From Thermoanaerobaculia bacterium (GTDB lineage Bacteria; Acidobacteriota; Thermoanaerobaculia; UBA2201; DAOSWS01), in contig DAOSWS010000016.1 in NCBI GenBank assembly GCA_035593605.1, forward strand, positions 18,672-82,671: a stretch of DNA of 64,000 nt, given 5' to 3'. Positions within the stretch are counted from its first letter, which is position 1. Every line of letters starts with the position of its first letter. The notes under the pieces are model-generated. The model ran no database searches. It was not told the DNA's origin and saw only the letters and a list, made by a program, of their open reading frames with translations. Both the position numbers and the translations under genes were made by a program. This document shows positions 20,069-29,331 of this stretch, piece after piece.

Positions 20069-20840
20069 CGTTCATGTCCTCGATTCCTATGGTCACATCC
20101 AGCGGCTGTCCATCTCTTCCTTGAATGGGGTAAGGTTCCCCTCCTCGCTCCACCTGAACCGCGCCTCCATCACCGGCTCGAAAGGCAAGCGATTCTCTCA
20201 GAGAGTAGCTCAGGCGATCTCCCGGCTCCTTCACACCTTCAAACACCTTTTTCCCATCCAGCGTAATGGTAATCCAGCATCGTCTCAGGAACGTGAGATC
20301 AATTCGGGTGGGTTCCACCACAGGTACAGTCTTTGCCGTGGCAGGTTCAGGCTCAGGCTCGGTTGGCCGGATGGACGTCTGATTTTCAGGAGTTTCCACC
20401 CCGCTATTCTGCAGGGATTGAAAAAGAAAGACAAGGCCGAAGATTCCGACAAGTATCGTGCAGACAATAAATACCCAGAAGAAACCTTGATTTACAGGGT
20501 TTCGGGACACTGCCCTTCCCTTTCGTTCCGCCGTTCCCCGCTCCCTGCGATATAACTCCACGGCCTCTTCGCTTTCCAGTCCTACAATTCTGGCATATTG
20601 CCGAATAAAAGCCCTGGCAAAAACTTCATTCGGGAGAAGTTGGAAATTATGTTCCTCAATGGCCCTGAGATACCTCAGGGCGATATTTGATTTCCGGGCG
20701 ACATCCTCAAGGCTTATTCCTTTCGCCTCCCTGGATTGTTTGAGGATCGTCCCCACGCGGTCGGATTCCTGGTGCACCCATTCATGGTAGTGGTATAATT
20801 CAACTGTGTCAAGGTACTTGATTTTCATGACTTCCAGCAT
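20061..20840 (-). CDS. rodZ: RodZ-like protein (XRE-type HTH, TM helix, DUF4115-like C-terminal domain)
   Basis: HTH LKQSREAKGISLEDVARKSNIALRYLRAIEE, FARAFIRQYA, TM FFWVFIVCTILVGIFGLVFLF. The C-terminal beta domain has ITLDGKKVFEGVKEPGDRLSY...AGDGGAVQV. Confidence 0.75.
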   Translation of the reverse strand: MLEVMKIKYLDTVELYHYHEWVHQESDRVGTILKQSREAKGISLEDVARKSNIALRYLRAIEEHNFQLLPNEVFARAFIRQYARIVGLESEEAVELYRRERGTAERKGRAVSRNPVNQGFFWVFIVCTILVGIFGLVFLFQSLQNSGVETPENQTSIRPTEPEPEPATAKTVPVVEPTRIDLTFLRRCWITITLDGKKVFEGVKEPGDRLSYSLRESLAFRAGDGGAVQVERGGEPYPIQGRDGQPLDVTIGIEDMNVE

Positions 20841-20963
20841 CTATTTCCTGATAATTCCTCATGATGAAATCCCGGTTCAAAACCCCTGAACGCCATCCCG
20901 GCGGGCTTCCCTTCAAAGACCCGCAAGCGATCCGATCATGAATCAGAATCGGCGCCTGAAAGA

Positions 20964-23294
20964 ATGAATTTTCCCATCATCCTATCTCTTTTTCTGATTC
21001 TGGCTGTTTCCGTATGTTTTGGAGGGGGACACCTTCAGGTGCATTCCTGGGCACTGGCTGTCGCCTGCCTGGGTACGGCCCTTCTAGTCCTCCGCATAAG
21101 AGAGATTACTGCATCCATCAAAGGGTATCTGCTTCCTCTGGGAACCTTCCTGATCATCATCCTCCTGACCTCCATTCCGGCCCTTCACCTTTCGTATAGT
21201 CCCCTGAACTCGTCGATTTCCCTGGCTCAGATCCTATCGGCCCTGGCCTTCTTTATCGTCGGAACCGAACTCGCTTCCCGCAGCCGTTCCAGCCGATTTC
21301 TCTTCTTTCAGATTTTTCTTTACACCATGGCATTCCTGACGATCCTATCCTGGGCTCAGACTCTGGCCGACCCCGACCGGTACCTCTTTATCTTTCCCCT
21401 CGAGGTTACGACAAAGCCCTTCGGTTTCATGCCCAATAAGAACCTCTTTTCTGCCGTGGTCAATCTCATCCTCTTTCCACTCGCAGGTGTTACGGCTGTT
21501 CTCTGGTCCTCAGCCGAAGCCCGCAGATCGGGAAAACATCTCCTTGTGACCTTTCTGGTCAGTCTGGTCGCCATCATTCTCCTCGTAAGCCGAAGCGAAG
21601 GAGCCATCCTTTCCGCGGGGGGCGCTCTGGTGATCTTTTTCCTGAGCCGCAGAAAGGAACGCTGGATCCGTGCGGTCGTCATCATGCTTGCCGTATGCCT
21701 GCTGAGCGGCTATCTCTGGATCAAGTTCAGCCATGGAAAGGCGGAGGATCTTCTCAGTCGACTTGAATTTTACCGAAGGACCGCTCACATCATGCTGGAC
21801 CATCCCATTCTGGGAACCGGTCTGGGAACCTACGGTCTTGTGGCTCCCCGGTACCAGCCAGCCGAAGGGGGACGGCTCCTGGACAAGATGCATAATGATT
21901 ACCTTGAGCTGGGGGTTACAGGGGGTCTGTCTTCTCTCCTGATCCTGATTCCGGCCCTGCTTCTGATGTGGCGATCCCGGGCTGTCCTTGCAAATGGAGG
22001 CATACGCACGGGGACCTATCTGGGACTCTTGGCTCTGTCCTTTCACGCCATGGGAGATTTTCCCTTTAACAGCCTGATCATTACATGGATCGCCGCACTC
22101 TATGCCGGTTCCCTGCTGCGGCGTGATCGCTCATCCTTGCAAATTCCCGCCTGGATCCGGTTTCCCCTATGCCTGCTTGCCATTCTCATGGTCGTACTCC
22201 TGGCCCTGCGGGGATTGGCCATAACCTCAGGTGGCCGGATTCATCCTGAACTGGCTCCCGAGGTCGTCACCCACCACCTTCATCAGGAAAACCTTGAAGG
22301 TGACTGTGGTACCTACCTTCCCCAGGCCATGAAATCCATGCGGATGAATCCGTATCATGCCCCTCTGCGGGCGGAGATTGCACGGTGTATGGATGCGCTG
22401 GGCGACCCCGAAGCTGTCCCTATGATCGAAGAAGCCTCAAAACTCGAACCCTACAACGTTCAGATTCTTCTTGTGGCCGCAAAGTACACCTACCTCTGGG
22501 GCGACCGGGACAGGGCCCTCACTCACCTCGCCTCCGCACGGGCCGTAAAGGAATCCGTTCCTCTCTTTATCCCCATGTCGAAGGAGGAACGGGACGATCT
22601 GATCATTGAAAGCACCCGGAAGCAGGCCATTCTCCACCCGTACCATCAGGCTGCCATCTATTCGGCCGCCGCCTCACAGCTGCAGCGCCTTGCCTCCCCC
22701 AGAACATGGCCCTTCCTGCGGGAATCTTTGGAACGGTTTCCTCTGGAACCCCGGCTCCTGGACCTCGCAGCAGGATTCACCGCAAAAAAGAAGCCGGCAA
22801 GATCCCTGCGGTTCGCAAGAATGGCCTATGATCTCGATTCCACCTTTTATCGGGCCTTCAGGATCGCCAGCCAGTATCGAACCCTCAATGATTCCCTGCG
22901 AGCGGAAGAGTGGTTTCTGAAAACGGTCGCAGAATGTGAGACTCCTTCCAGATATGCGCCTCTTGCCCCCCGGTTTATTTCCGAACCTGCGCGCGCTCTT
23001 CGTCTCATGGAGGAATCCTACTCCACAGATCCTGCCTCGTCGCTGGCCGTTGCCATTGGCTTTCAGCGGGAGAAAGAAGAATTCTATACCGAGGCCAGGA
23101 AGTGGTATATACGGGCGATCGACCTGGATCGTCAATACGGACCGGCCTATCGAAAGCTTTACGATCTGGGCCGAAAAACCGGTGATCTGCTTCTGTCTTC
23201 AAAAACACTACAGGATGCTCGGGCCCGCCTGCCCGGGGAAACGTTTTCTAAATATTTTCCTGAAATTAAAAGGGAAGCGGACAATGAAGCCTGA
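20964..23294 (+). CDS. O-antigen ligase (Wzy_C)-like polytopic membrane protein fused to a C-terminal TPR-like domain
   Basis: About 12 hydrophobic segments. Loop motif KMHNDYLELGVTGGL is typical of O-antigen ligase/polymerase-like proteins. The last ~330 aa are soluble and helical-repeat-like. Confidence 0.75.
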   Translation: MNFPIILSLFLILAVSVCFGGGHLQVHSWALAVACLGTALLVLRIREITASIKGYLLPLGTFLIIILLTSIPALHLSYSPLNSSISLAQILSALAFFIVGTELASRSRSSRFLFFQIFLYTMAFLTILSWAQTLADPDRYLFIFPLEVTTKPFGFMPNKNLFSAVVNLILFPLAGVTAVLWSSAEARRSGKHLLVTFLVSLVAIILLVSRSEGAILSAGGALVIFFLSRRKERWIRAVVIMLAVCLLSGYLWIKFSHGKAEDLLSRLEFYRRTAHIMLDHPILGTGLGTYGLVAPRYQPAEGGRLLDKMHNDYLELGVTGGLSSLLILIPALLLMWRSRAVLANGGIRTGTYLGLLALSFHAMGDFPFNSLIITWIAALYAGSLLRRDRSSLQIPAWIRFPLCLLAILMVVLLALRGLAITSGGRIHPELAPEVVTHHLHQENLEGDCGTYLPQAMKSMRMNPYHAPLRAEIARCMDALGDPEAVPMIEEASKLEPYNVQILLVAAKYTYLWGDRDRALTHLASARAVKESVPLFIPMSKEERDDLIIESTRKQAILHPYHQAAIYSAAASQLQRLASPRTWPFLRESLERFPLEPRLLDLAAGFTAKKKPARSLRFARMAYDLDSTFYRAFRIASQYRTLNDSLRAEEWFLKTVAECETPSRYAPLAPRFISEPARALRLMEESYSTDPASSLAVAIGFQREKEEFYTEARKWYIRAIDLDRQYGPAYRKLYDLGRKTGDLLLSSKTLQDARARLPGETFSKYFPEIKREADNEA

Positions 23295-23297
23295 TAA

Positions 23298-24185
23298 TCA
23301 GGCTCTTGGATGGTGCTGGAGATAGATCCGCTTAAGACGTTCCTGCGTAATGTGGGTATAGATCTGGGTTGTGGAAATATCCGCATGGCCCAGCAGCATC
23401 TGGAGAGAACGCAGGTCCGCACCGTTCTCCAGCAGGTGGGTGGCAAAGGAATGGCGGATTACATGGGGTGAGAGTGGTTTCGTCAGGCCGGCCTGGCGTG
23501 CATAACCCTTGATCAGCTTCCAGAATGCCTGCCGGGTGAGCGGGGTCCCTCGATTACTCAGAAAGACCTCTCCCCTCAGCCGGCGGTTGAGACGGGGGCG
23601 GGCCTCTTCCAGGTATCGACCCAGCCATTGTATCGCCTGGGTTCCAAGGGGAATGATCCTTTCCTTCCCTCCCTTTCCCATGACTCGAACCAGTCCCGGA
23701 TCCAGTATGACCATATCCAGATGAAGCCCGGTGAGCTCGGAAACCCTCATTCCCGTGGCATAGAGAACCTCAAGCATGGCCCGGTCACGAATCCCCTTCA
23801 TTGTGCCGATTTTTGGAGCCGAGAGAAGGTTTTCCACCTCTTCAGGCGTAAGAAATTTAGGCAATACCTTCCAAAGTTTGGGAGATTCCACGGTATCTGT
23901 GGGATCGTCGGCACGATGATCCATGACAACAAGAAAACGGAAGAACGATCTCATGCTGGAAAGCAGGCGGGCCAGGCTCCTGGGGGCAAGATGATCCTGG
24001 CGTGCAGATCGAAAAAACTCCCTCACTCCGGTTTCATCAATCCCGGACGGGGTGACCCTGGCTCGTTCCCCCCATTTCCTGAGTTTGCCCAGGTCACGAA
24101 TGTAACTTTCTACCGTATTTTTACTAAGCCCCCGCTCCAGCCCGAGGTGGTCCTGAAAGATCGCGATCGCTTCGTCCCAGTTCAT
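23298..24185 (-). CDS. xerD: tyrosine recombinase XerC/XerD family
   Basis: N-terminal ERGLSKNTVESYIRDLGKL. Catalytic region ARQAGLTKPLSPHVIRHSFATHLLENGADLRSLQMLLGHADISTTQIYTH. ATG overlaps the upstream stop (ATGA). Confidence 0.85.
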   Translation of the reverse strand: MNWDEAIAIFQDHLGLERGLSKNTVESYIRDLGKLRKWGERARVTPSGIDETGVREFFRSARQDHLAPRSLARLLSSMRSFFRFLVVMDHRADDPTDTVESPKLWKVLPKFLTPEEVENLLSAPKIGTMKGIRDRAMLEVLYATGMRVSELTGLHLDMVILDPGLVRVMGKGGKERIIPLGTQAIQWLGRYLEEARPRLNRRLRGEVFLSNRGTPLTRQAFWKLIKGYARQAGLTKPLSPHVIRHSFATHLLENGADLRSLQMLLGHADISTTQIYTHITQERLKRIYLQHHPRA

Positions 24186-24751
24186 CGGTCTGACCGATCG
24201 AAAGAAAGGGCCCCCGGATCAGGCAGGGGGATCACAACGCTGACACCCACCCGATGGGTATCGTACCCCTTGTTGCTGGCACGGCTGATCAGGCTGTGAC
24301 TGTAATGGGCCAGTCCGTAGTGAGCCAGGATTTCCATATCCTTATTTTTTACGATCGTCAGTCCCAGCCGCATCTGGGGTGTCCATTTAAAGGGATATTC
24401 AAACCAAGTAACCGGGATATTGTTCACCATGGGACCGATTCCGAATTCGGCAAAAAAACGCCTGTTACGATATCGGATTCGTGAAGCGAATCCAATGGAA
24501 TATGAATCCCCGTATCCTTCAATATCGAAGGAATGGCCGTCGAATGTGAAGTACAGGTCCCAGAATGGACTGAGTTTCCAACCCCGACCCGCGCTGAACT
24601 CCATGACCCGGGAGGGTTCGTCAATATCTCCCGTAAACCATAGGGACGTCCAGCCCCGGCTGAGGGTAACCTGAAAAAACGAATCCCTGGAAGAGAAATC
24701 CAGTGCTTGCAGAGGTGCGGCCATCAGAATCAGAACAAGAACCAGACGCAT
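24182..24751 (-). CDS. outer-membrane acyloxyacyl hydrolase / lipid A deacylase (PagL)-like beta-barrel protein
   Basis: Trimmed to ATG 24751 (track starts one codon earlier at TTG). Signal peptide MRLVLVLILMAAPLQA and alternating beta pattern. C-terminal AHYSHS..NKGYD resembles the HxS catalytic region of PagL-like proteins (weak, by eye). Confidence 0.5.
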   Translation of the reverse strand: MRLVLVLILMAAPLQALDFSSRDSFFQVTLSRGWTSLWFTGDIDEPSRVMEFSAGRGWKLSPFWDLYFTFDGHSFDIEGYGDSYSIGFASRIRYRNRRFFAEFGIGPMVNNIPVTWFEYPFKWTPQMRLGLTIVKNKDMEILAHYGLAHYSHSLISRASNKGYDTHRVGVSVVIPLPDPGALSFDRSDR

Positions 24752-25248
24752 CAAGGTTTCTTTCCTTCGCAGGTGAGAGCCTGGATGAGTTCGGAACGAT
24801 CGGGGTATTTCTGGAGAAGATCATCTCTTTCACCGAGAACCAGGTCCTGAAAGTGAAATCCGGGAGCCATGGTTGTGCCCAGAAGAGCGAATGTCCCCCC
24901 TTCGCGGACTCTGGAGCCCTGCCAGGTGTTTGCAGGGACACAGATCTGCGGCTGCATGCCTTCGAATAGATCGTTTCCCAGAAGCATGATTTCAGATTCC
25001 CCGGGTCCCAGGAGGAGCAGCTCGACGGGATCCCCAAGATAAAAGTGATAGACCTCGTCAAAGGGAAGTCGGTGGATTCGGGACGGGGTCCCGGGAGTCA
25101 GGAGGAAATAGATCGCTGTCGAAAGGGGTCTGCGGGGTTTCCCATCCGAAATCCATGTGCTCGCAGAACGATAGGTTTCCCGGTAAAAGCCCCCTTCACC
25201 GGGAAGAGGCTCAAGGTTCAAAAGCTCGAGAAGTCTGGAAACATTCAT
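24751..25248 (-). CDS. cupin-fold protein, DUF985 family
   Basis: Track ORF trimmed to ATG 25248 (MNVSRLLELLNLEPLPGEGGFYRETYRS), the family signature. The upstream gene ends at 25253. Confidence 0.75.
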   Translation of the reverse strand: MNVSRLLELLNLEPLPGEGGFYRETYRSASTWISDGKPRRPLSTAIYFLLTPGTPSRIHRLPFDEVYHFYLGDPVELLLLGPGESEIMLLGNDLFEGMQPQICVPANTWQGSRVREGGTFALLGTTMAPGFHFQDLVLGERDDLLQKYPDRSELIQALTCEGKKP

Positions 25249-25252
25249 ACCC

Positions 25253-25984
25253 TCAGGACGGACGTGCCAGCTTCCCCTGGTCGTAACCCCGATCAAGGAA
25301 CTGGTAAAAGTGAGAACGGGTGGACGGATCCAGGTCTTCATATATCATACCCATACCCTTCAAGCCCTCCCGCTGCGAATCTGCATGGCGTGCTACAGCA
25401 GCTTCCCCGGCGATATCAATTGGAGAATCCGGTAGTCGGAATTGAAAATCGACCCGTGTACCAACCGGATAATAGATCGGAGTCCGGACAAGCATGCCCG
25501 ACCGGGAAAGATTCACAGTCTGGCAGAAGAGTACCCCTTTTCGATAACTCATCTGAACATGGAGCGTGATAAGAATTCGGCTTGAAATACGCGGTGCAAT
25601 GTGGGTAAGGTTTGCGATGATCCGTTCCAGTTTGTCAAGGCTGGTACTCTCGGAAATCACTTCGTTCAACCCTTTCCCGAGAAATTCTCGATGGAATGTC
25701 ACCTGGTCTTCAGGGACCATGGCCACGATGGAACTGGAACGGGAGGGAGACCCCTCACAGCGAAGAATGTTGAGAGACTCCTCAAGCTGATCTCTTCCTC
25801 TCAGGTTTCCGAGAATGATCAGGTCAAAATGTTCCTTCCGTGCAAGTTCCAGCGAGTCGGCAAGCGTGTCCGGCCGTTCTGTCTGGAATGTCGAGCGGGA
25901 AAGGAGGCCCGGGAGAGGATCCTGAAGAGGGCTGATCATGCCGGCCAGCAGGATTCTCGTCTCTCGGATTCTGGACTCTTCCAT
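25253..25984 (-). CDS. degenerate receiver-like domain + PilZ domain protein
   Basis: PilZ motifs RISSR (RxxxR) and NLSRSG ((D/N)xSxxG). The N-terminal REC-like fold lacks the acidic pocket (RILLAGMISP) and the phospho-Asp position (FDLIILGN). Confidence 0.7.
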   Translation of the reverse strand: MEESRIRETRILLAGMISPLQDPLPGLLSRSTFQTERPDTLADSLELARKEHFDLIILGNLRGRDQLEESLNILRCEGSPSRSSSIVAMVPEDQVTFHREFLGKGLNEVISESTSLDKLERIIANLTHIAPRISSRILITLHVQMSYRKGVLFCQTVNLSRSGMLVRTPIYYPVGTRVDFQFRLPDSPIDIAGEAAVARHADSQREGLKGMGMIYEDLDPSTRSHFYQFLDRGYDQGKLARPS

Positions 25985-26050
25985 AGCCGGAATCTCTTTT
26001 ACCCGTTCCCTACACGATTCGGAAGGGAAGGCTCCGATTGGACATGCGCC

Positions 26051-26476
26051 TCAGGCGCTCTTGGATTCCGAGGGAATCGTAACGTACTCAAGAGCTCCAG
26101 TGGGACAGAAGGGGACGCACTGTGGATCTCCGCCGCAAAGATCGCATTTGTGGACAATTCTGAAATCGTCGTCCCATTTCATGTTCCCGAAGGGACATGC
26201 GGCGACACAGGATTTACAGTTCTTACACTTGCTGTAATCCACATCAATTGCTCCCGTGGCTTCATTACGAATCAGAGCGTTGGAGTTACACGATTTCACA
26301 CAGGCGGCATCGACGCACTGAAAACATACGATCGGCGTACCGGCTTCAACACCGCGACGGATGATGTTGATACGGGTCTGCCCCGCTTTTCCATCCTTTC
26401 CATGGGCAAAACCGCAGGCCAGTTCACACTTGCCGCATGCGATGCATTTATCAACGGTAACGGTATAGAGTTTCAT
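26051..26476 (-). CDS. 4Fe-4S multi-cluster ferredoxin (HycB/DmsB-like)
   Basis: Four Cys clusters: CIACGKCELAC, CFQCVDAACVKSC, CKNCKSCVAACP, CDLCGGDPQCVPFCP. Confidence 0.85.
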   Translation of the reverse strand: MKLYTVTVDKCIACGKCELACGFAHGKDGKAGQTRINIIRRGVEAGTPIVCFQCVDAACVKSCNSNALIRNEATGAIDVDYSKCKNCKSCVAACPFGNMKWDDDFRIVHKCDLCGGDPQCVPFCPTGALEYVTIPSESKSA

Positions 26477-26487
26477 CGTCTCCTCCC

Positions 26488-26676
26488 CTACTTCAAGAAC
26501 TCTGCGAACTTACGGGCATATTTCTCCCGCTTGCAGGCGTCACAGAGTGTGAAATACTCGATCGGAATGTTGCACTTTTCCACAAAGTACTTTCCGTACG
26601 CCGCAGTCCAGGTCGGTTTTCCGCAGGCCTCACAGTGAGTGGGGGTCTTCAGGGATTTTTTCTCGGGAGTGGTCAT
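26488..26676 (-). CDS. 62-aa zinc-ribbon-like miniprotein
   Basis: ATG 26676 overlaps the korC stop (ATGA). CEACGK...C...CDACK suggests a 4-5 Cys metal site. No family named. Confidence 0.5.
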   Translation of the reverse strand: MTTPEKKSLKTPTHCEACGKPTWTAAYGKYFVEKCNIPIEYFTLCDACKREKYARKFAEFLK

Positions 26677-27218
26677 GCTTTCCCTCCTTTTCCCAGCGCA
26701 TAACCTCGATCGAGGGCTTTGTAGTTCAACTGGATGATCTTATCTTTTCCTGCAAAGGTTTCATCGATTGTGGCCTTGAGGCTCTCGATGGTCACCATGT
26801 CCGTTTTCCCTGCAAGGGCACCCAGAGCGACCATATTGGCCGCCTTGGGGCTTCCGCATTCGATGGCAATCTGGTTGGCAGGGATGTAGAGGACATCAAG
26901 GTCTTTGCGTTCAGCCTTCCGGTCAATCAGGGACGAGTTGATCAGGAGAAGCCCGTCTTTTCGGATCATGGGCTCAAATTTATCCAGTGACGGACGGTTC
27001 ATGGCGATCACCACTTTTGGGGAGCGCACTACCGGTGATCCAACCGGATGGTCGGATACAACTACCGTGCAATTGCAGGTTCCTCCCCTCATCTCGGGAC
27101 CGTAGGATGGAAGCCATGAGACTTCCTTCCCTTCCTGCATGCCGGCATACGCAAGCATCTTTCCGATTAAAAGGATTCCCTGACCTCCAAAACCGGCCAT
27201 AATAATATCGGTCTGCAT
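26673..27218 (-). CDS. korC: 2-oxoacid:ferredoxin oxidoreductase, gamma subunit
   Basis: [26 protein letters not shown]...SYGPEMRGG. Confidence 0.85.
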   Translation of the reverse strand: MQTDIIMAGFGGQGILLIGKMLAYAGMQEGKEVSWLPSYGPEMRGGTCNCTVVVSDHPVGSPVVRSPKVVIAMNRPSLDKFEPMIRKDGLLLINSSLIDRKAERKDLDVLYIPANQIAIECGSPKAANMVALGALAGKTDMVTIESLKATIDETFAGKDKIIQLNYKALDRGYALGKGGKA

Positions 27219-27219
27219 G

Positions 27220-27969
27220 TCAGCCCTCCTCCGGAGTCTTGTAGATGCCCAGTTTGTAGTACGGGAGCATATTGGCCTCCAGCCAGTTCAGGGACTCGGT
27301 TGGAGAAATTCCCCAGTTGGTCGGGCAGGTCGAGAGAACCTCGACCATCGAAAAACATGTTCCCTTCACCTGATATTCGAAGGCCTTTTTAATCATGGCT
27401 TTTGCCTTCACCGTTTCCATTGCATTATGAACAGAGGTTCGAGCAATAAAGGCAGGGGTTCGCAACGAAGAGAGCAGTTCAGCCACTCGAATGGGATATC
27501 CGGCCAGATTTACATCCCTTCCCAGAGGACATGTCGTCGCCACCTGTCCGGGCATGGTAGTGGGCGCCATCTGTCCGCCCGTCATACCGTAAATCGCATT
27601 ATTGACAAAGATGGTCGTGAACTTTTCTCCGCGGTTTGCTGCGTGGACAATCTCTGCCATTCCGATGGAAGCAAGATCTCCATCTCCCTGGTAGGTAAAG
27701 ACAATCAGTTCGGGGTGTCCTCGTTTGATTCCTGTGGCAACCGCAGGCGCCCTGCCGTGGGATGCTTCGTGAAAGTCACAGTTGAAATAATCATAGGCCA
27801 GAACGGAGCAGCCCACGGGAGCCACTCCAACGGTACGCTCCCGGACTCCCAGCTCATCCATGACCTCAGCCACGAGCCGATGGATCGTTCCATGCGTGCA
27901 CCCGGGACAGTAATGGGTGATCACAGGCATGAGGGATTCGGGACGCTCAAAAATGGTGTGAGTGTTCAT
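27220..27969 (-). CDS. korB: 2-oxoacid:ferredoxin oxidoreductase, beta (TPP-binding) subunit
   Basis: HYCPGCTHG, TPP motif YQGDGDLASIG...NNAIYGMTGGQ. Confidence 0.9.
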   Translation of the reverse strand: MNTHTIFERPESLMPVITHYCPGCTHGTIHRLVAEVMDELGVRERTVGVAPVGCSVLAYDYFNCDFHEASHGRAPAVATGIKRGHPELIVFTYQGDGDLASIGMAEIVHAANRGEKFTTIFVNNAIYGMTGGQMAPTTMPGQVATTCPLGRDVNLAGYPIRVAELLSSLRTPAFIARTSVHNAMETVKAKAMIKKAFEYQVKGTCFSMVEVLSTCPTNWGISPTESLNWLEANMLPYYKLGIYKTPEEG

Positions 27970-29054
27970 GCCTTCCTCCCCTTCTTGGCTTTCACCGGTT
28001 TCAGAATGGTTTCGATTTCATGGATGACCTCGTCCGGAGTGACAAGAATACCCCCCTGGCGCCCGTAAAAATGGACAGGAAGGTCATCCTTCACGGCGTA
28101 CTTTACATCCTCCACCATCTGCCCCGTGGACAATTCCACGGTAAGAACGGCTTTGGCCTTCCTGGCAATTTTTCGAAGATCGTCGTAAGGAAACGGGTAG
28201 AGCGTCACAGGGCGGAAGAGGGCAGTCTTGATTCCCCGTTCCCGGAGTTCTTCGACAGCGGTCAGGCAGACGCGGGCCGGTGTGCCGTAGGCAACCAGCA
28301 GGACATCATAGGGCCCGTCAGCATACTGGGTGCTGAATCGGATTTCATCTTTTTCGATCCTGTCGTACTTGGCCTTGAGGTTCCGATTGTGCTGCTCGAG
28401 TGCCTCCGGATCGAGAATCAGGGAATTGATGATATTGGGCTTGCGTCCGACATTTCCTGTCGTGGCCCAATCCTTGGGTTTCAAAGGTTTACAGGGTTTA
28501 CGCCCCTCCTTAAATTCGACGGGTTCCATCATCTGCCCGATGAGGGCATCGCCTACAACCAGAACGGGATTCCTGTAATAATCGGCAAGATCAAATGCGT
28601 CCTGGATCAGATCCGCGGCCTCCTGGACGGACCATGGAGCCAGCACGATGCATCGATAGTCTCCGTGGCCTCCCCCCTTGGTAGCCTGAAAATAATCACC
28701 CTGCGCGGGAAGAATTCCACCCAGACCCGGACCTGCGCGCATGATGTTCACAATGACGCACGGAAGCTCTGCGCCCGCGATGTAGGATAACCCTTCCATC
28801 ATCAGGGAAATCCCGGGGGACGAGGACGAGGTGAAAACACGAACCCCCGATCCGGCTGCACCATAGAGCATGTTCGACGCGGCAACTTCACTTTCCGCCT
28901 GCACAAAGGTGCCCCCGACCTGGGGCAGACGGAGGGACATGTATTCCGGGATCTCGTTTTGCGGGGTGATCGGATAGCCGAAGAAGAGTCTGCAACCCGC
29001 CATGATGGCAGCTTCGCCGATTGCCTCCGCACCCTTTAACAGTTTTTTGGCCAT
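27966..29054 (-). CDS. korA: 2-oxoacid:ferredoxin oxidoreductase, alpha subunit
   Basis: MAKKLLKGAEAIGEAAIMAGCRLFFGYPITPQNEI. The delta-alpha-beta-gamma gene order matches Kor/Oor operons. Substrate (2-oxoglutarate vs other 2-oxoacid) is not proven. Confidence 0.9.
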   Translation of the reverse strand: MAKKLLKGAEAIGEAAIMAGCRLFFGYPITPQNEIPEYMSLRLPQVGGTFVQAESEVAASNMLYGAAGSGVRVFTSSSSPGISLMMEGLSYIAGAELPCVIVNIMRAGPGLGGILPAQGDYFQATKGGGHGDYRCIVLAPWSVQEAADLIQDAFDLADYYRNPVLVVGDALIGQMMEPVEFKEGRKPCKPLKPKDWATTGNVGRKPNIINSLILDPEALEQHNRNLKAKYDRIEKDEIRFSTQYADGPYDVLLVAYGTPARVCLTAVEELRERGIKTALFRPVTLYPFPYDDLRKIARKAKAVLTVELSTGQMVEDVKYAVKDDLPVHFYGRQGGILVTPDEVIHEIETILKPVKAKKGRKA

Positions 29055-29078
29055 ACCCTTGCCTCCCTGAAATTGGTA

Positions 29079-29312
29079 TCAGTACGGAAAGTACTTGTAG
29101 GTTGTCCCCAGCACGGCGACCTCAATCGCAGCGTCGGGACAGACAATGCCGCAGATCCTGCATCCGATGCATCGCGGCTGTTCGACAACCTTTGCGTAAA
29201 AGTACCCCTTGACATTCAATTCCTTGCCCATGGCCAGAATCTGTTCGGGGCAGGCCTTCACACAGAGCTCGCACCCCTTGCACCGGTTTGGATCGATGGT
29301 GACTTTCGGCAT
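29079..29312 (-). CDS. korD: 2-oxoacid:ferredoxin oxidoreductase, delta subunit (2x[4Fe-4S])
   Basis: CKGCELCVKACP and CIGCRICGIVCP. Confidence 0.85.
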   Translation of the reverse strand: MPKVTIDPNRCKGCELCVKACPEQILAMGKELNVKGYFYAKVVEQPRCIGCRICGIVCPDAAIEVAVLGTTYKYFPY

Positions 29313-29331
29313 GCCGGCTTCCTCCTTTCTA

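Noticed and set aside
23298-24185. XerD-like recombinase as a marker of a mobile element
   Set aside because: Its motifs fit the housekeeping XerC/XerD type. It is the last gene of an overlapping operon, and no flanking repeats, phage genes or transposon genes were seen.
25601-26638. 345-aa plus-strand track ORF
   Set aside because: It spans the PilZ gene, an intergenic gap, the ferredoxin gene and the zinc-ribbon ORF, all on the opposite strand. The minus-strand products carry clear motifs.
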